Source: Octopus sinensis
Taxonomy: Eukaryota
Assembly: GCF_006345805.1 (NCBI RefSeq)
Contig: NC_043011.1
Coordinates: 12,350,464 to 12,414,463 of the forward strand
Reading direction: 5' to 3'
Length of the DNA stretch: 64,000 bases
The notes below the pieces were generated by a model that saw nothing but the letters and a program-made list of their open reading frames with translations, did not search any database and was not told the origin of the DNA. Each line of letters begins with the position of its first letter. Position 1 is the stretch's first letter. A program made the translations under genes and the position numbers. This document shows, one piece after another, positions 11,511 to 24,188 of the stretch.

Positions 11511-12791
11511 TTGTTCTTTATTAAACTTTCTTTGATACTAGTACTTTACTAAACTTTCTTTAACACTGTTAGTAGCATAAGATGCTTTAGTATTAGAAAT
11601 TGGCTGAACTTGATCAAAGAGAAAATGCTTCCTCTGGTCGTACCATCGCAAGTCTAACCAATTCAGAAATGGACGCTCAGATGGACAATCAAGAATCTTT
11701 ATTTTTGTCTGTGCACAATTGATTCTATCAATAAAAATCAGTTTTAAATATTCTGTGTCTGGGTCACCTTTGACTGTAGAAAATTTATGTAAAGAAGTGT
11801 GTGTATTGGGTATTATAAAGGAAACCATATGCTAGTTTTCCTTATTTTTGCTTTAGATTTAAAAATTTTAACCTGAGATGATAGTATTTTTTTAGGTGTA
11901 CTTATTTTTTCAACAGCACACTAAATCATCAAATGAAGAAACTTGAATTATAGAGAAGAGGATATCATTCATTTATATGATTGCACTGGCACCACATAAT
12001 GCAAAGAATTTTGGGTTAATGTCATCTAAAGGCAGAGTATTACAAAGAATGAAATGTTTATTAGACTACATCACCACAGTATTAACTCAATTGCAAATCT
12101 TCTGGTTATTAGAGTTGCAAAATCTTTATTGTCACATAGTGTTTATGATAATGAAATAAGTTCACAATAGTAAGTCAATAAGTGAGTTAATGATTGTAAT
12201 TTATTTATCTGAGTAAACTGAGGGCATGAGTGATAGGGAATGGAGTAAGTAATCCAATATCAAAAGTAAGTTCAAATCCTCCAATGTCTGATATAACCAA
12301 ATTGTGGTCCATCAACATCCTATTGGCACACTAAAACTTTTCTCAAATGGATATACCACTCTTGTCTTCATGAATATATTAATAATAGAATCAGCTAGAC
12401 TTAATGGGCTTCTATGCAGTTTCTTTCTACTTAAACTCACTCACAAGATTTGCTTTGATCCGAAGTCATAGTAAAGGTACTTGCTTAAGGTGCAATACAG
12501 TTGTATTGTCTGTGGAACTTCATGGCTGTAAAGCAAACTTCCTAACCACTCATACATATATGATTGTATACAAACATACTACATACATACATATTTAAAT
12601 ATACACCAATGATATATTATATGTCCATTATATATCATTGGTATATATATGTTCCTTACCACACATAAAAACACATATCCCCTTCCCTGTACATAAGGAT
12701 ACGCTGACAATGCAGGCTATACAAATCATATTGCTATTAAGGAACAGAATGTGGCTGTAGGAATACATGTTTACATGAACATTTATTCCTA

Positions 12792-13017
12792 TACCTATTT
12801 CTTTACTAGCCACAAGGGGCTAAACACAGAGAGGACAAACAAGGACAGACAAACGGATTAAGTCGATTACATCGACCCCAGTGCGTAACTGGTACTCAAT
12901 TTGTCAACCCTGAAAGGATGAAAGTCAAAGTCGACCTCGACAGAATTCGAACTCAGAACGCAGTGGCGGACGAAATACCACAAAGCATTTCGCTTGGTGT
13001 GCTAACGTTTCTGCCAG
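12792..13017 (-). mobile_element. SINE family B
   Basis: Reverse match to 9725-9961. Confidence 0.88.
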
Positions 13018-13696
13018 GCCTGACTGCATCATCCAAGGCACAGAAAGTTTGTTGAGTGAATTTTGCCCTAATTCAAATAACAAAGAACTCAACCTTTACT
13101 TAATAATGCTGTATGCTCTGATGTGGATCAGTTGTATTGTTGCTGCAATGCTTCAGTTTATTGCAGAGGGAAAGAGGGTGTTTCCTAGCTCTTTCTCTAG
13201 CATATCCTTTTTAGCTCTATGGTTGCACTATGATTTTTAATCCTCTAGACCTCTTGCTTTGTATGATATAAATTAACAGGTTGGTTAAATGCATAACTTG
13301 AGAGCGTGTGAACCAATATGGTGCTGAGTTGATTATATTTTCTAACTACACATTTAAAACACTCTAGAAATGAGCAGAAAAAAAAATGCTTGCACTAAGG
13401 AATATTCTCGAATAGTGAAAGAGACCTGATGCAAGTAAAGATTCATTCTTAAATTTAAAATTCCACTTCTGACAGCTTACTACTGAAATCTCATTTAAAC
13501 TTCCTGACAAGTAAATTAATATACTCTCTGATAATATACATCTCAAACGTCAATAAATCTGGTACCATTCCTAATAAAATCTTGTTAAATTGAATTTAAC
13601 AACATACTTCCTATTAATATTTCAGGCAATAGAATAAATTTTGTTTCTCTAGTAATAACATAGACTTTAACAACAATCTAACAACAGTAACAAAAC

Positions 13697-14100
13697 ATCA
13701 TCATCATCATCATCATCATCATCGTTTAACGTCCATTTGCCATGCTAGCATGGGTTGGACGATTTTGACTGAGGTCTAGCGAACCAGATGGCTGCACTAG
13801 GCTCCAATCTCGATTTGGCAGAGTTTCTACAGCTGGATGCCCTTCCTAATGCCAACCACTCCGAGAGTGTAGTGGGTGCTTTTTACATGCCACCGGCACA
13901 GGGGCCAGTCAGGCAGTACTGGCAACGACCTCACTTGAATCTTTTTACCCATGCCACCAACACAGGTGCCAGTAAGTCGATGTTGGTAACAATCATGCTC
14001 AAATGGTACCCTTTTATGTGCCACTGGCATGGAAGCCAGTTGGCTGCTCTGGCAACGATCATGCTCAGATTGTGCTCTTGGTACCCAACTAGCACAGGCA
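13697..14100 (-). mobile_element. Family C retroposon with (GAT)n tail and internal minisatellite
   Basis: Conserved 3' core (..ggcgttaggaagggcatccagctgtagaaac..cccatgctagcatgg..ggacgttaaacgatgatg). Confidence 0.85.
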
Positions 14101-14542
14101 CAAGATATATAAAAAAAATATAAATATATAACTGAACAATATTATACAACAACTAATTTTACTCACTTGGCAAAACTGATGAGAAGGTTTTAAAAATCTT
14201 CAAAAATGTTGTAAATCTCTCTAGATGAAATTCCTTTAATCATTTCTAAAACTTAAGTGATATGCAACTGTATGCCTTAACTATTAGACATGAGACACTT
14301 CTGGTTGTTTCCAGTACAGTGTAGAAAGTCACATGTTGTGTACCAGAATAGGTTTCATACATAAAGATACAATGTATACACTTATGTCCAACATAGTAAG
14401 GTGTCTTAAAAGTAAAACAGTTTAAAAATACCAGAAAAAAAAGTGAGTCATAGGTGGTGTTTAATATTCTCAATAGCAAGAGCAGTGAGAGAAATATCAA
14501 ACAGGCCCCTTTAAGGGATTGATACTCTTTTCTATCTCAAAT

Positions 14543-14805
14543 CATCATCATCATCCTCGTTTAACGTCCATTTGCCGTGCTAGCATGGGTTGGATGGTTC
14601 GACTGGGGTCTGGGAAGCCAGGAGGCTGCACCAGGCTCCAGTCTGATCTGGCAGTGTTTCTACGGCTGGATGCCCTTCCTAACGCCAACCACTCCGTGAG
14701 TGTAGTGGGTGATTTTTACATGCCACCGGCACAGGTGCCAGGGGAGTCTGGCAGCGGACGCGATCGGTTGGTGCTTTTAACGTGCCACCGGAACAGAAGC
14801 CAGTT
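14543..14805 (-). mobile_element. Family C retroposon
   Basis: Same 3' core. Confidence 0.85.
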
Positions 14806-15129
14806 TAATATATTTATAATAAGCAAGTTAAAAATTTATAATCATATATTCTAAATTTATTTTTAAAATAATCATTTTTACTTCTTTCAAAAGTATTTAT
14901 TCTGTAGTTGTTCCAAAAACTATTTTAGAAAACTGAAAGAAATGAAGTTTTTGTTTAACAGTTTACAGTGTGTTCTGAGAGATTTTGATAATGTTAAGAT
15001 CTGTCAACTTTGTTCTGACTACATCAAAGAAAATAATTCAACTGCATGCATGTTGTCTGTTACTAACTGAAGATAGAAAGAAAAGAATGTAGTTTTCAAA
15101 AATAAGAGAAAAAGGGTGGGATTTAGGTT

Positions 15130-15525
15130 CTCTTTTACTTGTTTCAGTCATTTGACTGTGGCCATGCTGGAGCACCGCCTTTAGTCGAGCAAATCGACCC
15201 CAGCACTTATTCTTTGTAAGCCTAGTACTTATTCTATCGGTCTCTTTTGCCAAACTGCTAAGTTACGGGGACGTAAACACACCAGCATCGGTTGTCAAGC
15301 GATGTTGGGGGGACAAACACAGACACGCAAACACACACGCACACACACATATATACATACATATATGCGACGGGCTTCTTTCAATTTCCGTCTACCAAAT
15401 CCACTCACAAGGCTTTGGTCAGCCTGAGGCTATAGTAGAAGACACTTGTCCAAGGTGCCACGTAGTGGGACTGAACCCCGAACCATGCGATTGGTAAGTA
15501 AGCTACTTACCACACAGCCACTCCT
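15130..15525 (-). mobile_element. SINE family A
   Basis: Full length. Confidence 0.9.
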
Positions 15526-16101
15526 AAATGATTTTGACCAAAGTGAGAGAGAATAGATATTTACAAACAAAATGCGAGCAATTGTGTAATTTCCACAACT
15601 TTTGAAAAGGTGAGTGACCTAATCTATATTTATCAGCAGCATTCCATGTGCTCAGGAAATCTATATACTGTTACTGACTGGCTGCTAAGGAGAAATGATT
15701 AGACAGAGCATATGAGTTTAAACATATGAAAACGGAAATTCTGCTTAAGCTTTTACATTTACTTGCATCAGATTCTTGTGACATGTTAATTTCCCTCTTG
15801 AAAATATTGCAAATTGAGAAGAGTCAATCATTTCAAATCACCCATGAAAAGTTTTAAATGACGTTTCAAAGGAATGCAACAATCTGTTTTTACCAGTTAC
15901 ATTCTTCATAGGTGTTCGCTACTACTGACTGCTTGCTACTAAAATGTCAGCATCGAGGAGAAATGTCTGCTCTGTAGTAATCTTAGACACACAAGAAGAT
16001 ACCATGGTCAGGGCTGGTAATTTTAGATCACTCTGCTTAATCACATGATTGATCATTAGCCCCTACACACATTTTTTTCTCTCCTTGTTTTTTCTGTGTC
16101 C

Positions 16102-16137
16102 CTTTCTGTAGAAGAGCGTAGGCTCGAAACGTAAAAG
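16102..16137 (+). ncRNA. Ultra-minimal hammerhead-like motif with non-canonical core
   Basis: CUUU-CUGUAGAA-GAGC(GUAG)GCUC-GAAAC-GUA-AAAG. Stem III reduced to the palindrome ACGU. Confidence 0.5.
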
Positions 16138-16289
16138 ACTTTTTCTATTCCTGAGCATTATACTAATACATCTGTTTGTTTTGTACACCACCTGTCTTCA
16201 TCTTTTGTTTTTTTCATAAACTCTCCCTTAATTTGGAGCTAAGCAGCTTTTTACCCATTTTTTCAACTTTTGAGGGTTTTTAGAGAGTT

Positions 16290-16720
16290 GTCTCTTGAAA
16301 TGCTTCCTACATTCTTCTCCTCTACATTAACAACCTACTCACTGTTATTTCTAACCACATGTACTCCTATGTTGTGATATCATAACTTATTCTTTGTAGA
16401 CCTTCACACACAACCTTAGCACACATACCAGACTTGTACAGCCAGCTTTCATAAACAAAATCCTTGAAAATGTTCTCTAATGAGAACAAGAACAATATAG
16501 TCTCCTTCAACAACACCACGACACATAAAGAAATAGTCTTGCAATGTGACATCCTCTCTATTCAAGAAAGAACAAATTCACTTCAAATTTTATATCTTAA
16601 AATCTCATCAAAGATGCTGAGACTTAGCTATATTAAATTATTGCAAAATCAGCGTTCATTTCCATTAATGATTCAATCTCCCATATTTGATCATTCCATA
16701 TAGATACAAATGCAACATAC
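16290..16720 (+). mobile_element. Old CR1/L2-like LINE RT fragment
   Basis: Degenerate, frameshifted (LPTF)FLLYINNLL..SNHMYSY and NSLQILYLKISS motifs. Confidence 0.45.
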
Positions 16721-16769
16721 TTTAGATACTGTTCACCTAGTCTAACATTACAGGTGTTATAAATATAAG

Positions 16770-17083
16770 AGTACAAATATATGGGAAACTACCACCTGTA
16801 TCATCTCTTATCAAAGGTAGGAGAATCCAGTTTGCTGGACATTGTTGTAGAGCTGAAAACGAGGCAATTTCTACTCTTCTCCTCTGGAAGAGGAGAAGAG
16901 GGCGCATACTCTCCTACCCTCTCCTACTACCAGAGGGCACACACTCTCCTACCCTGATGTAATCTCCAGGGATACAGGCATCCAGCAACAGGACCTCTGT
17001 AATGCTATGATGGACCGTGAAGTCTGGTGTAACATAGTAAATTCCATTGTCTCGACCACGGTCAAACGATGATGATGATGATA
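16770..17083 (+). mobile_element. RTE-like LINE 3' end with (GAT)n tail
   Basis: Nearly the same sequence as 27560-27877, encoding ..QFAGHCCRAENE..STLLLW.. . Confidence 0.8.
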
Positions 17084-17835
17084 AATATAAATATTTTGTA
17101 ACATATTAAAAGCAAGCCCTTACACTTGAACTAGTTGATAAATATTCATTCTCTAAAATATTATAAATGCTGGTCACAGATAGTATTATCTGTCTTCTTC
17201 TAATTGGTTAAAAAGAGATGATAAGCGATGGCTAGAAGGATATTGAACTTTATTTGATAACCAGTTGATCTAGCAGGCAGGGCCCCATATCAGCGAGGGG
17301 TCTGGTGTGCAATGATGCGGTTCAGAGGCAGGCCCAGAAACAGCATGCATTCTCTCCTGATGACCCCATACACTTGCTGGCTTCCAGTATGTGGAGCTTT
17401 CAACTGGTAGCACTCGCATGTGCAAGTTGTTTGCAAAACATCTTTTATAATATTAATTCTCAGTCAACAAAACCTTTAGCACTAGGAACTTCAAAGTTAA
17501 CAGAATTAACAAAAATCTAGACATTGCTAAACTCAGCAAAACCTAAAACTGCAAAACTTTCTATAGAATCCACTTGAAGATCATGGCAAACTGTAGAAGA
17601 ATCTGAAAAATATTCAAAGAACAAAAGAATTAGACTACTTAGCTACTTAACCTATTTGTTACCAATTCTGCCTTCCATCACATGGAAGCTGTTATTTTAA
17701 TGTACTTGAGTTGAAATCAAAAATTTTATGTAAGAATCTTTTGTTATGTTCCAAATACCAGCTTAATGAAAAATTTTTTTTACTAAATCTTTCCTGAAAT
17801 TGGTTTATTTTCAAATTAATTGTACTTTATGAACA

Positions 17836-18257
17836 GAGTGGCTGTGTGGCTGTGTGGTAAGTAGTTTGTTTACCAACCACATGGTCCCGGGTTTAGTCCC
17901 ACTGCGTGGCACCTTGGGCAAGTGTCTTCTACTATAGCCTCCGGCCGACCAAAGCCTTGTGAGTGGATTTGGTAGACGGAAACTGAAAGAAGCCCATCGT
18001 ATATATGTATATATATATTTATATATATATATATGCGTGTGTGTGTTTGTGTGTCTGTGTTTGTCCCCCTAGCATTGCTTGACAACCGATGCTGGTGTGT
18101 TTATGTCTCCGTTACTTTGCGGTTCGGCAAAAGAGACCGATAGAATAAGTACTGGGCTTACAAGAGAATAAGTCCCGGGGTCGAGTTGCTCGATTAAAGG
18201 TGGTGCTCCAGCATGGCCACAGTCAGATGACTGAAACAAGTAAAAGCGTAAAGAGTA
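17836..18257 (+). mobile_element. SINE family A
   Basis: Near full length. Confidence 0.9.
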
Positions 18258-18305
18258 TCACTAAAAATATGATCATAAAGGGGTTAAGAAGTGTTATATA
18301 TATAT

Positions 18306-18667
18306 GGTACGTGCCGGTGACACATGACCTGCTGTGCTTGGGGAGACCTATTGAGTCAAGTACATCAACATCAAAATAAATATCAAATGGAAATTGTAGT
18401 TGTGATACCTGTGCCGGTGGCACGTAAAAAGCACCATTTGAACATGGCCGATGCCAGCGCTGCCTTGACTGGCTTCTGTGCCGATGGCACATAAAAAGCA
18501 CCCACTACACTCATGGAGTAGTTGGCATTAGGAAGGGCATCCAGCTGTAGAAACACTGCCAGATCAGACTGGAGCCTGGTGCAGCCCCTTGGCTCCCCAG
18601 ACCCTGGTCGAACCATCCAACCCATGCTAGCACGGAAAACGGACGTTAAACGATGATGATGATGATG
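18306..18667 (+). mobile_element. Family C retroposon
   Basis: Same 3' core. Confidence 0.85.
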
Positions 18668-19165
18668 AAAAGAATCCAGAGATGCAACAGAGAATTACAT
18701 TTAAAACTAATGATAAAACTAATAAGAATAATGTTAAATTCTCCTCCAGGGAGTTAACCAAACCTCTCTGGTGACAATGCAGACTTGAAAACAAGGAGTC
18801 ATCATTTAGTTTGCTTAGAAACTTAACACATTGTGAAGTGAATAAATTACTTCTAATATCAAATTAGGAATAACATTAAATTTTAATTAATATATAACTT
18901 TTTCCTATGAAACCCATGAAATGTAAACAATGTGTGTGTGTGATGAACAAATGTTTAAGATGTTTGCAATTCACATTACAAATATCTTGGGATTCTCATT
19001 AGCCAGCATCTTGGGAATAACCAGGAACTATCCCTAATTCTCCCACTGTTTTTCTTGCCTTTATATCCTTAATTATGCTTGCAATTGTACTGCTATCAAT
19101 TTTAATGGCTAGTTTCTCTTAGATACACTTCGCTTTTGTCACCTATGTATATTCATTATTATGGT

Positions 19166-19770
19166 GGAGATGCAATGGCCTAGTGGTTAGGGCAGCAGGC
19201 TTGTGGTCATAGGATCGCTGTTTCGATTCCCAGACCGGGCATTGTGAGTGTTTATTGAGCAAAAACACCTAAAGCTCCACGTACTCTTTGACCACAACTT
19301 TCTCCTCTCACTCTTTCTTCCTGTTTCTGTTGTACTTGTATTTCAAAGGGCTGGCCTTGTCACACTCTGTGTCACGCTGAATCTCCCCGAGAACTACGTT
19401 AAGGGTACACGTGTCTGTGGAGTGCTCAGCCACTTGCACATTAATAAATGAGCTGTGACGTCAATGGTGCCAAGCTGTATCGGCCCCTTTGCCTTTCCCT
19501 TGGATAACATCGGTGGTGTGGAGAGGGGAGGCTGGTATGTGTGGGCGACTACTGGTCTTCTCACTCTTTCTTCCTGTTTCTGTTGTACCTGTGTTTCAAA
19601 GGGGCCAGCCTTGTCACACTCTGTGTCACACTGAATCTCCCCGAGAACTATGTTAAGGGTGCAATTGTCTGTGGAGTACTCAGCCACTTGCACGTTAATT
19701 TCACGAGCAGGCTGCTCTGTTGATCGGGTCATCTGGAACCCTCAGTGCCATAACCAACAGAGTTCCACGA
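19166..19770 (+). mobile_element. tRNA-derived SINE family D with internal duplication
   Basis: A box TGGCCTAGTGG, B box GTTTCGATTCC. About 19305-19445 is repeated at about 19560-19700. Confidence 0.8.
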
Positions 19771-20313
19771 CAATACTCATTATTGAACAACTTCTCATAA
19801 CAATCCTTTAAAATCTAGCCATTTATATAATTCCATGTAAAAGTCCTCCATGTGTGTGTGTGTGTCTTTGTGAGTGTGTATGTATGTGTCTCCAGAAAAA
19901 AAACAAACTCTGCTTTTCCATAAATGGCAAGTTATTTCCAGAAAATTTTTCTAATTGCTTGAGATTATCTCCCCTCCTCATTCCTAGATAGTTGCAATTG
20001 CTGCTAGGTGTTTATTTACGTTTCTCTCAAAGCAAAGGTAATTCTCTTATATGGCATTTAGTACACCTTTCTTTGTACGCATGAATTCATGTACTACATG
20101 CACACACACACATGCTCTACTATACTTGTGTTGTGACTATCATCCACTTGTAGATGGGAGTAACTGAAATCTATGGTAACAAGAAAATAACAAAATAACA
20201 AAAATGAATAACCTCTCTCCAGACAAATATCAACGAACTTTGAAAAAATATTGGACATTTAGACTCTATCATTAAATGCAAAATGAATAATAGATTCCCG
20301 CTCCAGCAGCTGT

Positions 20314-20582
20314 CATCATCATCATCATCGTCATCGTTTAATGTCCATTTTCCATGCTAGCATGGGTTGGACGGTTCGACCGGGGTCTGGGAAGCCAGGG
20401 GGCTGCACCAGGCTCCAGTCTGATCTGGCAGTGTTTCTACAGCTGGATGCCTTTCCTAACGCCAACTACACCGTGAGTGTAGTGGGTGCTTTTTACATGC
20501 CACTGGCACAGGTGCCAGGGGAGGCTGGCAGCTGCCACGGTCGGTTGGTGCTTTTTACGTGCCACTGGCACAGAAGCCAGTG
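20314..20582 (-). mobile_element. Family C retroposon
   Basis: Same 3' core. Confidence 0.85.
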
Positions 20583-20829
20583 TGACTTTATGAAAGATTA
20601 TATAAGGTCAGTTGGAACTACAAGAGACACTGGCAGGTGCAGTAATTACCCTTAAATACAAATTGTGAGTAGTAAATGGAAAACTTCATTACCAGAAAAT
20701 ATTACCAGAATGCAAGCACATTAGTTGCAAGTTTGCACTAAACCTTCATGCAGTGTATCATAGCCAAGTCATCCAAGTAATAAAAGCTTCTCTCCATAAT
20801 GATTTAGAGTAATACAGTGGGGAAGAATC

Positions 20830-21900
20830 AGAAATGTAAACAACCAGCACAACTCTGACAGGAAGTGGTTAAAAGAGTTATGTGCAGATGTCTCTCCTAA
20901 AACATATTATATAAACAGTGAAGCTCTCTTGATGGTTGTTGCAGAACTACTGAACAAAGATTCACCTTGGAGAAACCTGATAGTCGGTTATTGGTTTAGA
21001 AAGTTCATGTTTTACAGGGCAGCCTTCATTAACCTTAAAAAAACCCAATGAATGCTGAGATTGGTGTGTCAGACAGCTGTACATACATATGTTGCCAGAC
21101 AGCTGTACAGACATGTGTTGCCAAAGACTTCAGGCCTAAAGAATGTTTGAATATGATGTATAAATTATACAGGTTGCTCGAATATGCTCCCCCGAGGTCA
21201 CTATGAAACGTATACTGTGGTGACTGAAAAGCAGGCAGGAGGTAAGAAAGGGATCTGGGGCAGTACCAAACAGTTTTTCATCAAGAGAACTGGTTTTAAG
21301 GAGCTTAAGCAGCTTTACCAAAACCTGCTGGCTGTATGGTTAGGCTATAAGAAGGCATCTGATTTAATTCTTCATTCATGGATGATAGCAGAGTCCCTAT
21401 GCTCTGCTAATGTTTCAGTTACTGTATGAGACTGACAACAATATGGTCTACAGAGCTATTGATAAGAACTGGGGCTACAGCTATAGTCACTAACAGAATT
21501 AGGCTATCAAAAAGGATATTTATGGGTGACAGCTTATCTTCAATGCTCTTTGTCCTAGCAATGAACTTTTTGTCAGCCTGTTAAGGAAATACAAAGGCTA
21601 CACAGTAGTATCTACTGGCAAAAGAAAAAATTATGTCACCCACACCTTAAGCTGCACTTGAGCAATATATACCACAATTAAAACTAAGTACAACTTTTTC
21701 AGGGGACAAAGGAATGGAGTTTGGTCAGGATAAGCATTCATATATGGTAGTCAAACAAGGAAAAATTGTCAATCAGGTAAGGAGGATGGATACCAGTAGC
21801 TTTCTATTTTCTTGACTGCTAGTGATGAGCACTACAAACACCTTGAAATTGATGAGAATATTGCATATATTGATACTAATATTCTGTGGAAATTGATGAT
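20830..21900 (+). mobile_element. Degenerate R4/Dong-clade LINE RT fragment
   Basis: KQAGGKKGIWGSTKQFFI...NLLAVWLGYKKASDLILHSWM, RIFMGDSLSSMLFVLAM, GMEFGQDK, with stops and frameshifts. Confidence 0.7.
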
Positions 21901-21929
21901 ATGCAAAGAGCACTGGCGGAAAAGGGAAT

Positions 21930-22735
21930 TGAAGGAAATTATTTCAAGTTAATAGGGAATGTGTACACCAACTGTAGAACTACAACAAAGCAATTGGTAT
22001 CAAAATTGGTAAAGGAGTCACACAAGGAGACACTATATCACCGAAATTATTCCCACCTGTATTAGAAAAGATTTTTAAAATCTTATATTGGTCAGATAAA
22101 GGAATAAATATAATGCTAAATCATCTCAAATTTGCTGATGGTATTGTATTCATTTCAAGAAGCATTAAAAAAATCAACAGGAATCCTCAGAGAACTAAAA
22201 GAAGACAAAAAATGTGGACTCAGAATAGGTATTAATAAAAGGAAGGTACTTTCCAACAATCTAACCACAGCTGAAAATGTAGTAATAAAGGATGAAATAG
22301 TTGAACATGTACACCAATACACCTGTCTTGGACAAATAATATGTTTAAAGGATAAAAATCAGACCAAAGAAATTGAACAATCAATACACTCGGGATGGGA
22401 ATTGAAATTGAACCACATCATGAGCGGTAATTTGGTTCGATGTATCTAAAAGAAAAAGGTCTCCAACCATTGTGTGGTGCCTACCATTACATAGACATCA
22501 GAAATAGGAACTACCAAGAGCGATGAAAATAAATTAAGAGCAACACAAAAAATCATGGAAAGGAAAATGCTCAAGATTTAACAAAATGGATGGTGGGGGG
22601 GGGGGGGGAACAACAGGTTAAGAAGGGCAACAGTTTAAACATATTGTCTGGAAAATAAAAACTCTGAAATGGTCTTTTGCAGGACATGTGTTTAGAAAGA
22701 AGGACAATGGTGGTATACCAAATGGACAGAGTGGA
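21930..22735 (+). mobile_element. Degenerate RTE-clade LINE RT fragment
   Basis: IKIGKGVTQGDTISPKLF, LNHLKFADGIVL, GLRIGINKRKVL, YTCLGQII. Confidence 0.75.
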
Positions 22736-22740
22736 AACTA

Positions 22741-22980
22741 TACTCTTTTACTCTTTTACTTGTTTCAGTCATTTGACTGCAGCCATGCAGGAGCACCACC
22801 TTTAGTCAAGCAAATCAACCCCAGAACTTATTCTTTGGAAGCCAAATACTTATTCTATTGGTCTCTTTTGCCAAACTTCTAAGTTACGAGGACATAAACA
22901 CACCAGCATTGGTTGTCAAGCGATGTTGGGGGGGACAAGCACAGACACACAAACATATACACACACATACATACATATAT
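22741..22980 (-). mobile_element. SINE family A, 3' half
   Basis: Tail plus body up to the internal microsatellite. Confidence 0.85.
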
Positions 22981-23042
22981 AGGGAGAATTCACAAAAAAA
23001 CAAAAGACAAAGACAGGTGTAATGCTCGGGAAACGAAAAAAT

Positions 23043-23078
23043 CTTTAACGTTTCAAGCCTACACTCTTCCACAGAAAG
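23043..23078 (-). ncRNA. Second copy of the ultra-minimal hammerhead-like motif
   Basis: CUUU-CUGUGGAA-GAGU(GUAG)GCUU-GAAAC-GUU-AAAG. Stem II is kept by wobble pairs. Confidence 0.45.
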
Positions 23079-23200
23079 GAACACAGAAAGAAACAAGGAG
23101 AGAAAATAAAGATTGTGTAGTGGCTAGCGATCTATCATGGCCAATGCCAAACAGAAGGGTCACACAGGAGAGCTAAGGAGAAGGAGAGATAATATATATA

Positions 23201-24138
23201 TATAACTGAGGGTACACAAAGTACTAGAGTTGCTAGAAATAAGAGTAAAAAAAAACTCAGGCTACTATTTCCCTGAAAATTCAACAGGCTGACGAAAATC
23301 AAGGAACAAGCAAAATTTACCTTACCATTGCAACTGAAAATCACAAATGAGGATCACAGATATACTTGAGATATTGTTCTTAGTTCTCATCTGTAAGTCA
23401 CACTGTTGCCAAGGGTTAAATTTATGCTTGCTTCATTATCCCCGTCCAAAATCTTTGAAAGACCAGCACCAAATTCAAAGGATATCAGTATATAGTTATA
23501 CATAAATAAATAAAGATATTATTACTATTAAAAAATAATAACCACAATAATATAAGTGGCCAGCAAGCATTAATGCCAAAAAGGCAAATTCATAAATTTA
23601 TAATTAATAATTAATTACAAATTTATGAATTTGCCTTTTTGGCATTAATGCTTGCTGGCCACTTATATTATTGTGGTTATTATTTATTAATAAGAATAAT
23701 AATATCTTTATTTAAGCATAATTATACACTGATATTGTTTGAATTTGATGCTGGTCTTTCAATAATTTTGACAGGCATGACAAAGCGAGTATAAATTTAA
23801 CCCTTGTCAACAGCAAGACTTACTGATGAGAACTAAGAGAAATATCCCAAAGTTTTAAATCACGTGATATAGGTATTTCTGTGATACTCATTTGTGACTT
23901 TCAGCCACAATGGTAAGTTAAATTTTGCCCGTTCCTCGATTTTCATCAACCTGTTGAATTTTCAGGGAAATAATGGCTTATTTGAATATTTTTTGATTCC
24001 TATTTCTAGCAACGCTGGTACATCATGTAACCTCAATTATAATTAATAATTAATTATAAATTTATGAATTTACCTTTTTGGCATTAATGCTTGCTGGCCA
24101 CTTATTGATGTTCTTTATTAACAAATAATAATAATATC

Positions 24139-24140
<2 letters not shown>
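23201..24140. repeat. ~840-bp fold-back plus partial tandem third unit
   Basis: Arms 23201-23599 / 23619-24041, inner 63 bp perfect. 24042-24140 repeats the start of the right arm. Confidence 0.85.

Positions 24141-24188
<48 letters not shown>

Noticed and set aside
19166-19240. tRNA gene candidates in SINE heads (families A, B, D)
   Set aside because: A and B boxes are present but no complete cloverleaf, and each head runs into a repeated SINE body.
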